Source: an uncultured virus (IMG/VR IMGVR_UViG_3300029319_000030)
Taxonomy: Duplodnaviria > Heunggongvirae > Uroviricota > Caudoviricetes
DNA: 64,000 bases
Virus record (IMG/VR): IMGVR_UViG_3300029319_000030
Coordinates: 1-64,000 of that record
Strand: one strand, 5' to 3'
The notes under the pieces were generated by a model, which made no database searches, was not told where the DNA came from, and saw nothing but the letters and a program-made list of their open reading frames with translations. Position 1 is the stretch's first letter. Each line of letters begins with the position of its first letter. Below, piece by piece: positions 56,582-64,000 of this stretch. A program made the position numbers and the translations under genes.

Positions 56582-58131
56582 TTGATATTACACAATCTGC
56601 TGACATAATAGTTAGTGCTACACTTACAGCATTTTTAAGTGCAGACTTAGTTACAAGCACTGGATCAATAATACCTTCATTAATCATATTAACAAGACCA
56701 CCTGTTACAACATTGCAGCCATAACCATCTTGCATTTCTTTATCAACTTTAATACCAGCATTATCTAATATAGTTTCGTATGGTGACGATAGCGCATTAA
56801 GTAATACTTTACTAGCATCATCACCTATTATTTTTTGGCTAGCGTTTAGTAATGCTACACCACCTCCTGGCACTATACCTTCTTGTAAAGCGGCTTTAGT
56901 AGCGTATATAGCGTCTTCAACTCTATCTTTCTTTTCTTTTAATTCTACTTTTGAGTTAGCGCCTACGCGTATTATACCTACACTACCTGATAGCATAGCT
57001 AGTCTATCTTCTAACTTCTTCTTAATAAAACCGTTTTNNNNNNNNNNTTTGCTCTTTAGCTAGCTTACCTGTTAGTTCATCTATTCTATTTTCAATACCT
57101 TCAGTCATACCTTCTAGTGTTAATACTGTATGCTTGTCATCAGTTACAGCAAATTCAGCTTCGCCTAAGTGTTCAGGCTTCATTAAATCTAAATCATCAC
57201 CTAATTCTTCATTAAGTACTGTAGCGCCTGTAAGTATAGCTAAATCTTCTGTAGCATCTTTTTTAGTAGGACCAAAGCCTGGTAAGTCAATAATGTTTAC
57301 TTTTATATTACCTTTAACTTTATTCATAAGTAGCGCCGACTTTACTTGCTGTGCTACTGGTGCTACTATGAGTAAAGATCGGTTGTTCTTTATAATAAAC
57401 TCTAATATATTTTGTATTTTACGCATATTAGGTATCTCAGAAGAACAAATAAAAACATACGGATTGTCTAGTTCGCATGTTTGTTTTTCAGTATTAGTTA
57501 CAAAATGTGGTGAAGTTATACCACACTCTACTTTAACGCCATCTACGATGTCAACATATGTTTCATCTGATTCACTTTCTTCCATTAATACTACACCTTG
57601 CTTGCCAACTTTATCATATGCTTCTGCTATAATAGCGCCAAGCTCTTTATCGTTATTGCAAGATATAGAACTAACAGACTTTAACATATCACCTTCAACG
57701 TCTGTAGCTATATCATTTAAATAACTAATAACGTCATCTAGTGTTTTGTTTACTCCATCTTTTATTTCTCTGATTGTAAGACCTTCTGCGACCGCAGCGT
57801 CTATTTGTTTGATTAATGCTTCAGCTAGAACTGTAGCAGTTGTTGTGCCATCACCAGCATCTTTAACTGTATTTCTGGCAGCTTCTTTGATTAGAGTTGC
57901 ACCCATGTTTTCAACCGGATCATATAAGACTACGCTCTCCGCAACGGTTACACCATCTTTTGTTATGACCGGCTTGCCACGACCATCTTCATATACAACG
58001 CACTTACCTGAAGCGCCTAATGTAGATTTAACAGCTTGGGCTAACTTATTAACTCCTGCAATAACCCTATCTTTAGCGTCATTACCAAAGTCTAAGTTTT
58101 TTACCAACTCACTTGGTAAATTGTATTCCAT
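56553..58131 (-). CDS. groEL: chaperonin GroEL (one gene, split by the N gap at 57038-57047)
   Basis: STLGASG, ITKDGVTVA, AGDGTTTATVLA, KDRVEDA..ATKAA..EGIVPGGG, GIIDP; no GGM tail. Confidence 0.93.
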
Positions 58132-58174
58132 AATATTTAATTTAATTTAATTTAACTTGTGTAGATTTAAAGTT

Positions 58175-59128
58175 CTACTTCTTTTGATATCTCATTTTAA
58201 AGCCAGACTTCTTTTTATTAGAAGATCCGTATTCTCTACCGTAGGGTTGGTTTTGTTTAGTTAAGTTAATATTATCAGTTAACTTAGCTTGTCCAGCCCA
58301 CCACGCTTCCGATTCTTTTATAAACTCATCTATACTATTGTATGTTGAGTTGTTTCTAGGATTTACCTTCTTACCTTCAGCGTTTGTCTTCATTGAGTCA
58401 AATACTCTTTGATATGTTGGTATGCTTGGCTTACCTGCTTCGTCTTTTGTTACATTTGGATCTTTAAGATCATCAGCTCTTTCAGGTCTGTTTATTGGAG
58501 CAAAACTTTTTATATTGGACTTAGGCTTATCAACACTACCAAAGTAACCTTTCTCCATCCTTATTTTACCCGCGCCTCCTGATTGAGTTAAACCAGGGTT
58601 AACAATTTTAGTTTTAGCATCGTATGATTTGCCAAATCTATCTTTGTATTGTTTTTTAGTACCATCTTTTTTAGTAACTACAACTTCTTTACCAACAAAC
58701 TTACCAGTTTCTGGATCATAAAACTTTGTAACGTTTCTTTTTTGACCAAACAAGTTAATACCTGTTTTGGTTTTTGTATCAAAACCTTTGCTTGTTTTAC
58801 CTCCTGTTTCTAGTTTAGTAGATACTTTATCTCTGATAGACGTTTTTTTTGTTTGAGTAGTTGTAGGAGTAGTTGTAGTACTTGTATCAGATGTTGTTTT
58901 GTTGTTGTTACTTTCCCCTACGTCTCTTATAGGGCCTTTACCATAAGCTCTATTAATTTTATTTTGATTAGCATTCCACTCAGGAGAGCCTTTAGTTAAA
59001 GTTTTTCTTTTTTTTATGTACTCAGGTAGATTAGGATCTTTTTTTAAAGCTAAATCGTATTCACTGTCTTTCTTCATTGATGACCCAGTTCCTTGGCCAA
59101 AGTCTATACTTGTAAGTTTAAATGCCAT
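58175..59128 (-). CDS. basic low-complexity protein (possible internal virion protein)
   Basis: MAFKL N-terminus, K/T-rich, ends SGFKMRYQKK. Confidence 0.7.
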   Translation of the reverse strand: MAFKLTSIDFGQGTGSSMKKDSEYDLALKKDPNLPEYIKKRKTLTKGSPEWNANQNKINRAYGKGPIRDVGESNNNKTTSDTSTTTTPTTTQTKKTSIRDKVSTKLETGGKTSKGFDTKTKTGINLFGQKRNVTKFYDPETGKFVGKEVVVTKKDGTKKQYKDRFGKSYDAKTKIVNPGLTQSGGAGKIRMEKGYFGSVDKPKSNIKSFAPINRPERADDLKDPNVTKDEAGKPSIPTYQRVFDSMKTNAEGKKVNPRNNSTYNSIDEFIKESEAWWAGQAKLTDNINLTKQNQPYGREYGSSNKKKSGFKMRYQKK

Positions 59129-59130
59129 AG

Positions 59131-59502
59131 TTATTCTTTTTCTGCGTTAATAGCCTCAGCTTCCCAAGGATGGTTAGGATGTCCTTCTGGCCAACGACCG
59201 TTTGGTCCATCAATATAGTTAACTCCGTCTTTCTCACCTCTAAAATAGATATTACCTTCCCACATTACCCACTCGTCAGCGTAAGCGCTTCTGCCTGTCT
59301 CCATTTGTTCGATGTGTTTCATCTCATGTCTAAGAACTCGCTGACCATATGCGCTATTTAAGTCTACGCTTGGGTCTACATCTATAGTACCGTCATTATT
59401 TGCCTGCGCAACAGCACCGTCAGTCATAGTTTTTTGAAATACCATAGGCTTACTCATCGGAGTGTTAGGTCTAGTATCTCTTTTTCCTAGTTTAAAAGCC
59501 AT
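59131..59502 (-). CDS. small zincin-like metallopeptidase
   Basis: VLRHEMKHIEQM (HExxH) plus PWEAEA; MAFKL N-terminus. Confidence 0.75.
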   Translation of the reverse strand: MAFKLGKRDTRPNTPMSKPMVFQKTMTDGAVAQANNDGTIDVDPSVDLNSAYGQRVLRHEMKHIEQMETGRSAYADEWVMWEGNIYFRGEKDGVNYIDGPNGRWPEGHPNHPWEAEAINAEKE

Positions 59503-59511
59503 ATATTGTGT

Positions 59512-59805
59512 TTATTTAAAAGTTTTTACTACTTTTGGGCCTTTTACGTACTCTAATTTCTTCTCAAAGTGCTCAACACTGCCGTTTATTGCAGCTTCTG
59601 CGCCTTCCATTGTCTCTCTTCGCGTAATATCTACCCAAGATTCTTCATTATCGGGCTTATTTACCTCTGTTTGGTAGTACCCGTTAGGTAATTGTGTTAT
59701 TCTCCAGTTCTTTTTGTCAGCTAAATGTCTCCACTCTGCTATTTGTTTGTCTGAAATTTTCGGTTCTGTAGTATATGTACTACTTTTATAGTATATGTAT
59801 GTCAT
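59512..59805 (-). CDS. hypothetical protein
   Basis: KKNWRITQLPNGYYQTE...WVDITRRET. Confidence 0.7.
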   Translation of the reverse strand: MTYIYYKSSTYTTEPKISDKQIAEWRHLADKKNWRITQLPNGYYQTEVNKPDNEESWVDITRRETMEGAEAAINGSVEHFEKKLEYVKGPKVVKTFK

Positions 59806-59845
59806 GTTTTTGGTTTTTATTAATTAGGTATAAGGATTTTCCTTA

Positions 59846-60244
59846 TTATGCTTGAACAAATACAAAGTATTCACATTTCTTAGTGCCAGCTGACCCGTGA
59901 TCTAGAAATAGATCTTGACTTCCAGCCCATGGAAAAAATGCAGCTTCACCAGCTTTTAACATCATAAACCTATCAGATGGTGTGCCAGAGCCAGATGAAT
60001 TAGTAACAAATATGTTAGTGTCAGATATATTGTTTAAATAAATATATGATTCACCGGTTGTCGATGCTGTGAATATTTGTGTATCACTAGCTGTAGTTGT
60101 TACTTCTTCAACTTCTGCTATTACCCTACCGTTAACAGTTAGATCATCTGAATTACTTAAGCTTAAAGCAAAAGTCAGCGGTCCAGGCGTTGTATTAGTA
60201 GCCGAGTTTGATGTTATTGTTATACCTGCTTTTATCGTTGCCAT
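59846..60244 (-). CDS. putative structural protein, first gene of the late arm
   Basis: Beta-rich; YIYLNN...LKAGEAAFFPW; follows a late-promoter-like motif. Confidence 0.65.
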   Translation of the reverse strand: MATIKAGITITSNSATNTTPGPLTFALSLSNSDDLTVNGRVIAEVEEVTTTASDTQIFTASTTGESYIYLNNISDTNIFVTNSSGSGTPSDRFMMLKAGEAAFFPWAGSQDLFLDHGSAGTKKCEYFVFVQA

Positions 60245-60265
60245 TTGTTATATCTTTATATTGTT

Positions 60266-60286
60266 CTACAAATAAGATAATCACAT
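60266..60286 (-). promoter_or_regulatory. putative late promoter RTGTRAYWAY
   Basis: Minus strand ATGTGATTATCTTATTTGTAG, about 20 nt before ATG 60244. Confidence 0.5.
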
Positions 60287-60336
60287 AGTACTTTATATAT
60301 TTACTCCCGTATTGTAAATGTTGGAGTAAAGTGTTG

Positions 60337-60410
60337 CCCCCTCCCCCCTCCCCGCCCCCACCCCAAATAAAAACGAAAATATTTACCCCACCCCCGCCAT
60401 ACCCCACCCC
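60337..60410 (-). other. G-tract cluster (potential G-quadruplexes) at the divergence point
   Basis: Nine runs of 4-6 C on the + strand in two clusters separated by an AT-rich spacer. Confidence 0.75.
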
Positions 60411-60442
60411 ATATATATATACTATTTTGCATTTTCATATAC

Positions 60443-60475
60443 TCACAAAGTAAATACGAATCTACTCAGATAATA
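60443..60475 (+). promoter_or_regulatory. putative early promoter
   Basis: TAAATACGA 60451-60459, GATAATA 60469-60475. Confidence 0.8.
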
Positions 60476-60560
60476 TATATGTAACAAATAAATAATAATA
60501 CTATGATAATAATAATAACAATTTTAAATATAATAACTAAAACAATATTAAATATAGTTT

Positions 60561-60593
60561 TCACAAAATAAATACGAAGTATAAAAGATAATA
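60561..60593 (+). promoter_or_regulatory. putative early promoter
   Basis: TAAATACGA 60569-60577, GATAATA 60587-60593. Confidence 0.8.
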
Positions 60594-60627
60594 ATAATAT
60601 AAATACTAATAATTAAAATATAATAAT

Positions 60628-60849
60628 ATGACTTTAAAAAGATTTGTAATAAGAAAGTCCTTAATAGGCAAAGATGTAGTAATAACATTCACTAACAAGA
60701 AAGGTGAAGTAGTAAAGTATAATCACGACGATGTGTATAATACTCACAAAGAAAGATTCGATAACATGAATTGTTTCGCTAAGTATAAGTCGTACACTAA
60801 TACTAACTGTATGCCCGCTTTTTGTAGAGATATGAAAATTACTAAGTAA
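60628..60849 (+). CDS. early protein, paralog of 61374..61604
   Basis: KRFVIRKSLIG...YNHDDV...CFAKYKSYT. Confidence 0.75.
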   Translation: MTLKRFVIRKSLIGKDVVITFTNKKGEVVKYNHDDVYNTHKERFDNMNCFAKYKSYTNTNCMPAFCRDMKITK

Positions 60850-60865
60850 TATCTCTACATAGTAA

Positions 60866-60913
60866 TGTGACAATTGGTAGTTACTCTATATAACTTAACA
60901 ACTAAATGTCACA
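60866..60913. repeat. inverted repeat TGTGACA-N34-TGTCACA
   Basis: Intergenic; same arms as 3026-3072. Confidence 0.6.
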
Positions 60914-61002
60914 CTATAATTCGTCAACAATAATTGTAAGCGAAGAGAAGTGGCGGAGTAACTGCTAACTAAAAATAACTAATAAACAAAATGTATACTT
61001 TT

Positions 61003-61035
61003 ATACAAAATAAATACGACTACTAATAGATAATA
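61003..61035 (+). promoter_or_regulatory. putative early promoter
   Basis: TAAATACGA 61011-61019, GATAATA 61029-61035. Confidence 0.8.
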
Positions 61036-61043
61036 TAATTGTT

Positions 61044-61196
61044 ATGAAAATAGATAAATATGCAAAAGAAATGTTCGGTAAAAGTAACTTTAATAAGTGT
61101 ACTGAAAAAGAACAAGAGTGTGTAATAAAAGTAATACTTAACGAAGTTACAGTAAATTACATGAGTAAAATATATGGTAAAGCAGATATAATATGA
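61044..61196 (+). CDS. small early protein (50 aa)
   Basis: MKIDKYAKEMFGK...; 8 nt after the promoter motif. Confidence 0.6.
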   Translation: MKIDKYAKEMFGKSNFNKCTEKEQECVIKVILNEVTVNYMSKIYGKADII

Positions 61197-61321
61197 TAGA
61201 TTTAAAAACATTAAGTGAAGAGCAATTAAAAATAGTACTTAATAATATGAGAATATATAAAGTAAGTAAAGAAAAGCGTCAACGTGTTATTGACGAGTTA
61301 AACAAAAGACACACAAAATAA
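61193..61321 (+). CDS. small early protein (42 aa)
   Basis: MIDLKTLSEEQL...; ATGA overlap with the upstream gene; stop is the TAA of the next promoter motif. Confidence 0.55.
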   Translation: MIDLKTLSEEQLKIVLNNMRIYKVSKEKRQRVIDELNKRHTK

Positions 61322-61343
61322 ATACGAATAAGTGTAGATAATA
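61311..61343 (+). promoter_or_regulatory. putative early promoter
   Basis: TAAATACGA 61319-61327, GATAATA 61337-61343. Confidence 0.8.
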
Positions 61344-61373
61344 TAAATGTAAAACAAATTAAATTAAATAGTT

Positions 61374-61604
61374 ATGGAAAATGTAATTAAGTCGAAAAGA
61401 TTTGTAGTGAGGCAGTCACTAGTAGGTCAAAACAAGACTATAAAAGTAGAGTTTAAAAATGGTAAAACTGCCACTTATAATCACGATAAAGTGTTTGCTA
61501 TCATGAAAGACAAGTTAGAAGCAATGCCATGCTTCATCAAATACAAGTCTTACACAGCGAGTAATAACATACCAATGATGGTAAGAGACAAAGACATTGC
61601 CTAA
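61374..61604 (+). CDS. early protein, paralog of 60628..60849
   Basis: KRFVVRQSLVG...YNHDKV...CFIKYKSYT. Confidence 0.75.
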   Translation: MENVIKSKRFVVRQSLVGQNKTIKVEFKNGKTATYNHDKVFAIMKDKLEAMPCFIKYKSYTASNNIPMMVRDKDIA

Positions 61605-61720
61605 TGAAGCGCAAGTTTAGTCACGAAGAGTTAGTTGCGCTAGCGGTTTTAGCGCCACTCTTCACCATGTGTGTTTACGCTTTTGGATTTTTAGTATTCA
61701 AAGCAATTACTGGAGTATAA
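61604..61720 (+). CDS. small single-TM peptide (38 aa)
   Basis: MKRKFSHEELVALAVLAPLFTMCVYAFGFLVFKAITGV; TAATG overlap. Confidence 0.55.
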   Translation: MKRKFSHEELVALAVLAPLFTMCVYAFGFLVFKAITGV

Positions 61721-61740
61721 ATATAATTTAATCGCTACAT

Positions 61741-61888
61741 ACCTATAGTGAAATGCTGATTAGCTATAGGTGATTAGAGTCGTAGTTCTAGCGCGTTTAG
61801 CGACTTATAAAAAATGCGAACGAGCGCAGTCAATATGCTGTAAAGGTGATAACGGTTAAAGTGAGTTCGATTCTCACCATCACCACTT
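61741..61888 (+). ncRNA. structured intergenic RNA ending in a tRNA-like acceptor plus T-arm
   Basis: T-arm GTGAG-TTCGATT-CTCAC (61861-61877), then CATCACC-A pairing with GGTGAT (61845 or 61769); upstream hairpins. Confidence 0.55.
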
Positions 61889-61901
61889 AAAATTAAATAA
61901 T

Positions 61902-62234
61902 ATGAGTAGATTTAGTATAACAAGTCACAAAGGTTTTCACTTGACTTTCAACAATGGTTGGCAAGTAAGTGTACAATTTGGTCCAGGTAACTACTGTGAG
62001 CGAAAAAATGCCGACCATTATTTACCTGAAAGCAATGATATTTGGCGTTCTAAAGACGCGGAAATTGCTGTTTGGCACACTAATAATGGTAAAATGGTGA
62101 TGTTAGAGAACGACGTAGTGCGTGGTTGGAGTACTGTAGATGAAGTAGCTAAAGTAATTCACAAAGTTAGTACCGCTAAATCTACTCTTACTAGTAAACA
62201 AATGACTAAAAGATTAAGTACAATATGGAAATAA
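61902..62234 (+). CDS. conserved phage hypothetical early protein
   Basis: KGFHLTFNNGWQVSVQFGPGNYC...AEIAVW...DVVRGW. Confidence 0.75.
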   Translation: MSRFSITSHKGFHLTFNNGWQVSVQFGPGNYCERKNADHYLPESNDIWRSKDAEIAVWHTNNGKMVMLENDVVRGWSTVDEVAKVIHKVSTAKSTLTSKQMTKRLSTIWK

Positions 62235-62512
62235 ATATGGATAATTTAATGAGAAACTCGTTCGGAGTACTCACTAACAGGTGTAGTATTGATGATATTC
62301 TAGAAAATTATAGCGGAACAGATGCTATGTTTTATGGTAATCCACTCGATCTTCGCACTGAAGAGCTACAAGAGATGTTAGAATACTTTGAAAATACTGA
62401 AGAGTATGAGTACTGCGGCGAGTTAAAAGAGTTAATTGAAGCTAAAAACTACGCCGACATGGACATGTTTTTAGATAATTTAACAAGTAAAAATGGTATA
62501 ACACTTCAATAG
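62225..62512 (+). CDS. hypothetical protein with UVR-like motif
   Basis: MLEYFENTEEYEYCGELKELI. Confidence 0.65.
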   Translation: MEINMDNLMRNSFGVLTNRCSIDDILENYSGTDAMFYGNPLDLRTEELQEMLEYFENTEEYEYCGELKELIEAKNYADMDMFLDNLTSKNGITLQ

Positions 62513-62594
62513 TATGATAGAATTAATGCTTTTAATTATTAGTAAAAACATAGTATTATGTATATTTAAGCTAACTATTATGCTATTAGAGTGT

Positions 62595-62627
62595 TTACAA
62601 AATAAATACGAACACTATAAGATAATA
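62595..62627 (+). promoter_or_regulatory. putative early promoter
   Basis: TAAATACGA 62603-62611, GATAATA 62621-62627. Confidence 0.8.
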
Positions 62628-62632
62628 TAAAT

Positions 62633-62779
62633 ATGAGAGTTGAATGTAAATATTGCGGTAAAAACTTTACTCCTATGATACTTGCTCAAATGGAAGGCAA
62701 GATGACTAGAGAAGAAATATTAAATTTACCGTGTGAAACAAATGAATGTAAGCGTGAAAAACAAGAGAATAATTATTAA
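62633..62779 (+). CDS. small zinc-finger-like protein (48 aa)
   Basis: MRVECKYCGKNF...CETNEC; 5 nt after the promoter motif. Confidence 0.55.
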   Translation: MRVECKYCGKNFTPMILAQMEGKMTREEILNLPCETNECKREKQENNY

Positions 62780-62897
62780 AATAGAAGATAAAGATGTCAG
62801 AAAAGGTAATCCTTACTGGCAGTTCTCTCGTTTTAAGCGTGTTCATAAGAGTAAAAAGACTTATAGTCGTAAGAAAAAACATAAAAATAATGAGTAA
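62742..62897 (+). CDS. small basic ArfA-like protein (51 aa)
   Basis: ...RKGNPYWQFSRFKRVHKSKKTYSRKKKHKNNE; not in the ORF track; start ATG 62742 or GTG 62754. Confidence 0.6.
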   Translation: MNVSVKNKRIIIKIEDKDVRKGNPYWQFSRFKRVHKSKKTYSRKKKHKNNE

Positions 62898-63069
62898 ATT
62901 TAAAGTAATAACAGTATTAGACTTTGAAAGTGGCAAAGTAACTCAATATGGTATTGATAAGTGGAATATATATACAGAAGATATAGAAACTTTTTTATTC
63001 AATAATGACCATAATGTGAGTAATTGTCAGTGGATGGTACACGAAGATGCTACAATATATGTAAAATAA
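62890..63069 (+). CDS. hypothetical early protein
   Basis: MSKFKVITVLDFESGKV...SNCQWMV; the ORF-track extension from 62794 overlaps the ArfA-like ORF. Confidence 0.65.
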   Translation: MSKFKVITVLDFESGKVTQYGIDKWNIYTEDIETFLFNNDHNVSNCQWMVHEDATIYVK

Positions 63070-63070
63070 T

Positions 63071-63643
63071 ATGAAAAAAGTAAAAACAATGGAAGAAGCA
63101 TATCAAGTATTTGATTTACTTGGTATCAAAAACGTCACTAAAAAGTGGCAAAAAGCTAATGGCTCTGAAGTATGGGAGTTACCATTTAAAACTATGTACG
63201 CTAACGGCTATACAGAAGTAAATAGATTTACTATTTACAAAAGCGGTTATGTACGTAAAATGTTAGTTCACCCTGAAAGTAATGCAAGTTATAGTTGTTA
63301 TCAACTAAATAGAACTTGCACTGAAGATAATTACTATAAAGACTACGATCTTGATGGTAATTGGACAGGTAAATACAATAAGTATGTCGGTAAAAAGCGA
63401 ATAATGATACCTAATCACGCTGATCGAGTAGTTTATTTATGTAATTACATACTTAAAAACTACTACAGAAATCAAAAAGGTGCTAGTTTTTATAGAATTA
63501 ATGACTATCAAGTAAGTTTAATGCAAAATGTAAAACCAGAACCACAACATTTACCGTTTGAAGAAACAGTAGAGCGTGATAGTTTTATAGATAATAATGA
63601 AATTAAAGTAATAATTAACGGTCACCGTTATAATTTAAGTTAA
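63071..63643 (+). CDS. hypothetical early protein
   Basis: 190-aa ORF in operon. Confidence 0.75.
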   Translation: MKKVKTMEEAYQVFDLLGIKNVTKKWQKANGSEVWELPFKTMYANGYTEVNRFTIYKSGYVRKMLVHPESNASYSCYQLNRTCTEDNYYKDYDLDGNWTGKYNKYVGKKRIMIPNHADRVVYLCNYILKNYYRNQKGASFYRINDYQVSLMQNVKPEPQHLPFEETVERDSFIDNNEIKVIINGHRYNLS

Positions 63644-63647
63644 AATT

Positions 63648-63731
63648 ATGGAAATAATAATAAGTTTTGTAGTAGGTTTTTGTGCAGGTATGTACATAAC
63701 TACACAAATAAGTGATAAAATAAGTAAATAA
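63648..63731 (+). CDS. small single-TM peptide (27 aa)
   Basis: MEIIISFVVGFCAGMYITTQISDKISK; TAATG overlap with the next gene. Confidence 0.5.
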   Translation: MEIIISFVVGFCAGMYITTQISDKISK

Positions 63732-63946
63732 TGTTAGAAAAATTAAAAGAAATAGAGCAAGAACTAATGGACGAGTTAAGTCCAGAAAGCTATGAGCAAG
63801 TGAAAAGCATGTTAAGTTGCTTTACTACTCATGAAACAGCTATTTATAAAGCAGGTTACTTAGATGGTCTGCAAGCAGCTATACTATTGTCTCATGAAGA
63901 TAGTAGTGATCATAGCTACACTATTGATTTAGAAGATATATTTTAA
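63731..63946 (+). CDS. hypothetical early protein
   Basis: 71-aa acidic ORF. Confidence 0.65.
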   Translation: MLEKLKEIEQELMDELSPESYEQVKSMLSCFTTHETAIYKAGYLDGLQAAILLSHEDSSDHSYTIDLEDIF

Positions 63947-63979
63947 ACACAAATTAAATACGAACGCTATAAGATAATA
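63947..63979 (+). promoter_or_regulatory. putative early promoter
   Basis: TAAATACGA 63955-63963, GATAATA 63973-63979; ATG at 63987. Confidence 0.8.
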
Positions 63980-64000
63980 TAATTGTATGAAATGTTTAAA

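Noticed and set aside
56553..58131. GroEL appearing as two ORFs (pseudogene or programmed frameshift)
   Set aside because: The break coincides with the 10-N scaffold gap at 57038-57047, so it is an assembly artefact.
21291..59677. Numerous + strand ORFs of 60-200 aa within the late arm (e.g. 27144..27668, 57134..57724)
   Set aside because: Antisense shadows of long minus-strand genes, with no motifs and S/F/L-biased composition.
60195..60407. Gly-rich 70-aa minus-strand ORF
   Set aside because: A by-product of translating the G-tracts; it overlaps the promoter region and the next gene.
60443..63979. Repeated motif as a CRISPR array
   Set aside because: Copies are irregularly spaced (about 100-1350 bp), separated by genes and internally variable; no cas genes are present.
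1..64000. Stop-codon reassignment as in some crAss-like phages
   Set aside because: Genes are full length and tightly packed under code 11, and TAG and TGA both serve as real stops.
1..64000. Integrase, repressor, reverse transcriptase or transposase
   Set aside because: No such motifs were recognised, so there is no support for a prophage, DGR, retron or IS element in this window.

Overview
This window is most of the genome of an AT-rich lytic tailed phage, probably a podovirus of Bacteroidota/Flavobacteriia. The host inference rests on AT-rich leaders without Shine-Dalgarno sites, an Hc1-like protein and a T9SS-like C-terminal domain. Gene content resembles crAss-like and Cellulophaga phi38:1-like phages, but this is from memory and was not searched. 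There are two transcriptional arms. The + arm (60.4-64 kb, continuing at 1-13.1 kb) carries small early genes, ligase, a sigma factor, ERF/RecE-like recombination genes, primase-helicase, a thymidylate-synthase-fold enzyme with a dCMP-type active site, MazG-like proteins and a class II RNR. The - arm (60.2 to 13.1 kb) carries GroEL/GroES, terminase, portal, capsid, tail, a 3373-aa putative ejected polyprotein, lysis/envelope genes and small basic proteins. The arms converge at a terminator at 13.1 kb and diverge at a G-tract locus at 60.3-60.4 kb. The main hypothesis is a two-sigma transcription cascade. The giant virion protein contains a sigma-70-like segment and no recognisable RNA polymerase motif, 8 copies of TAAATACGA-N9-GATAATA precede early genes, and a second motif (RTGTRAYWAY) starts right after the stand-alone sigma gene and precedes replication and late operons. 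Other points of interest: a P-loop kinase nested inside a HAD phosphatase, probable cytosine modification, two non-canonical tRNA-like RNAs, an unannotated ArfA-like ORF, and a secreted beta-barrel/T9SS-cargo cassette. All protein calls come from motif recognition by eye; no searches were run. Four 10-N assembly gaps are present.
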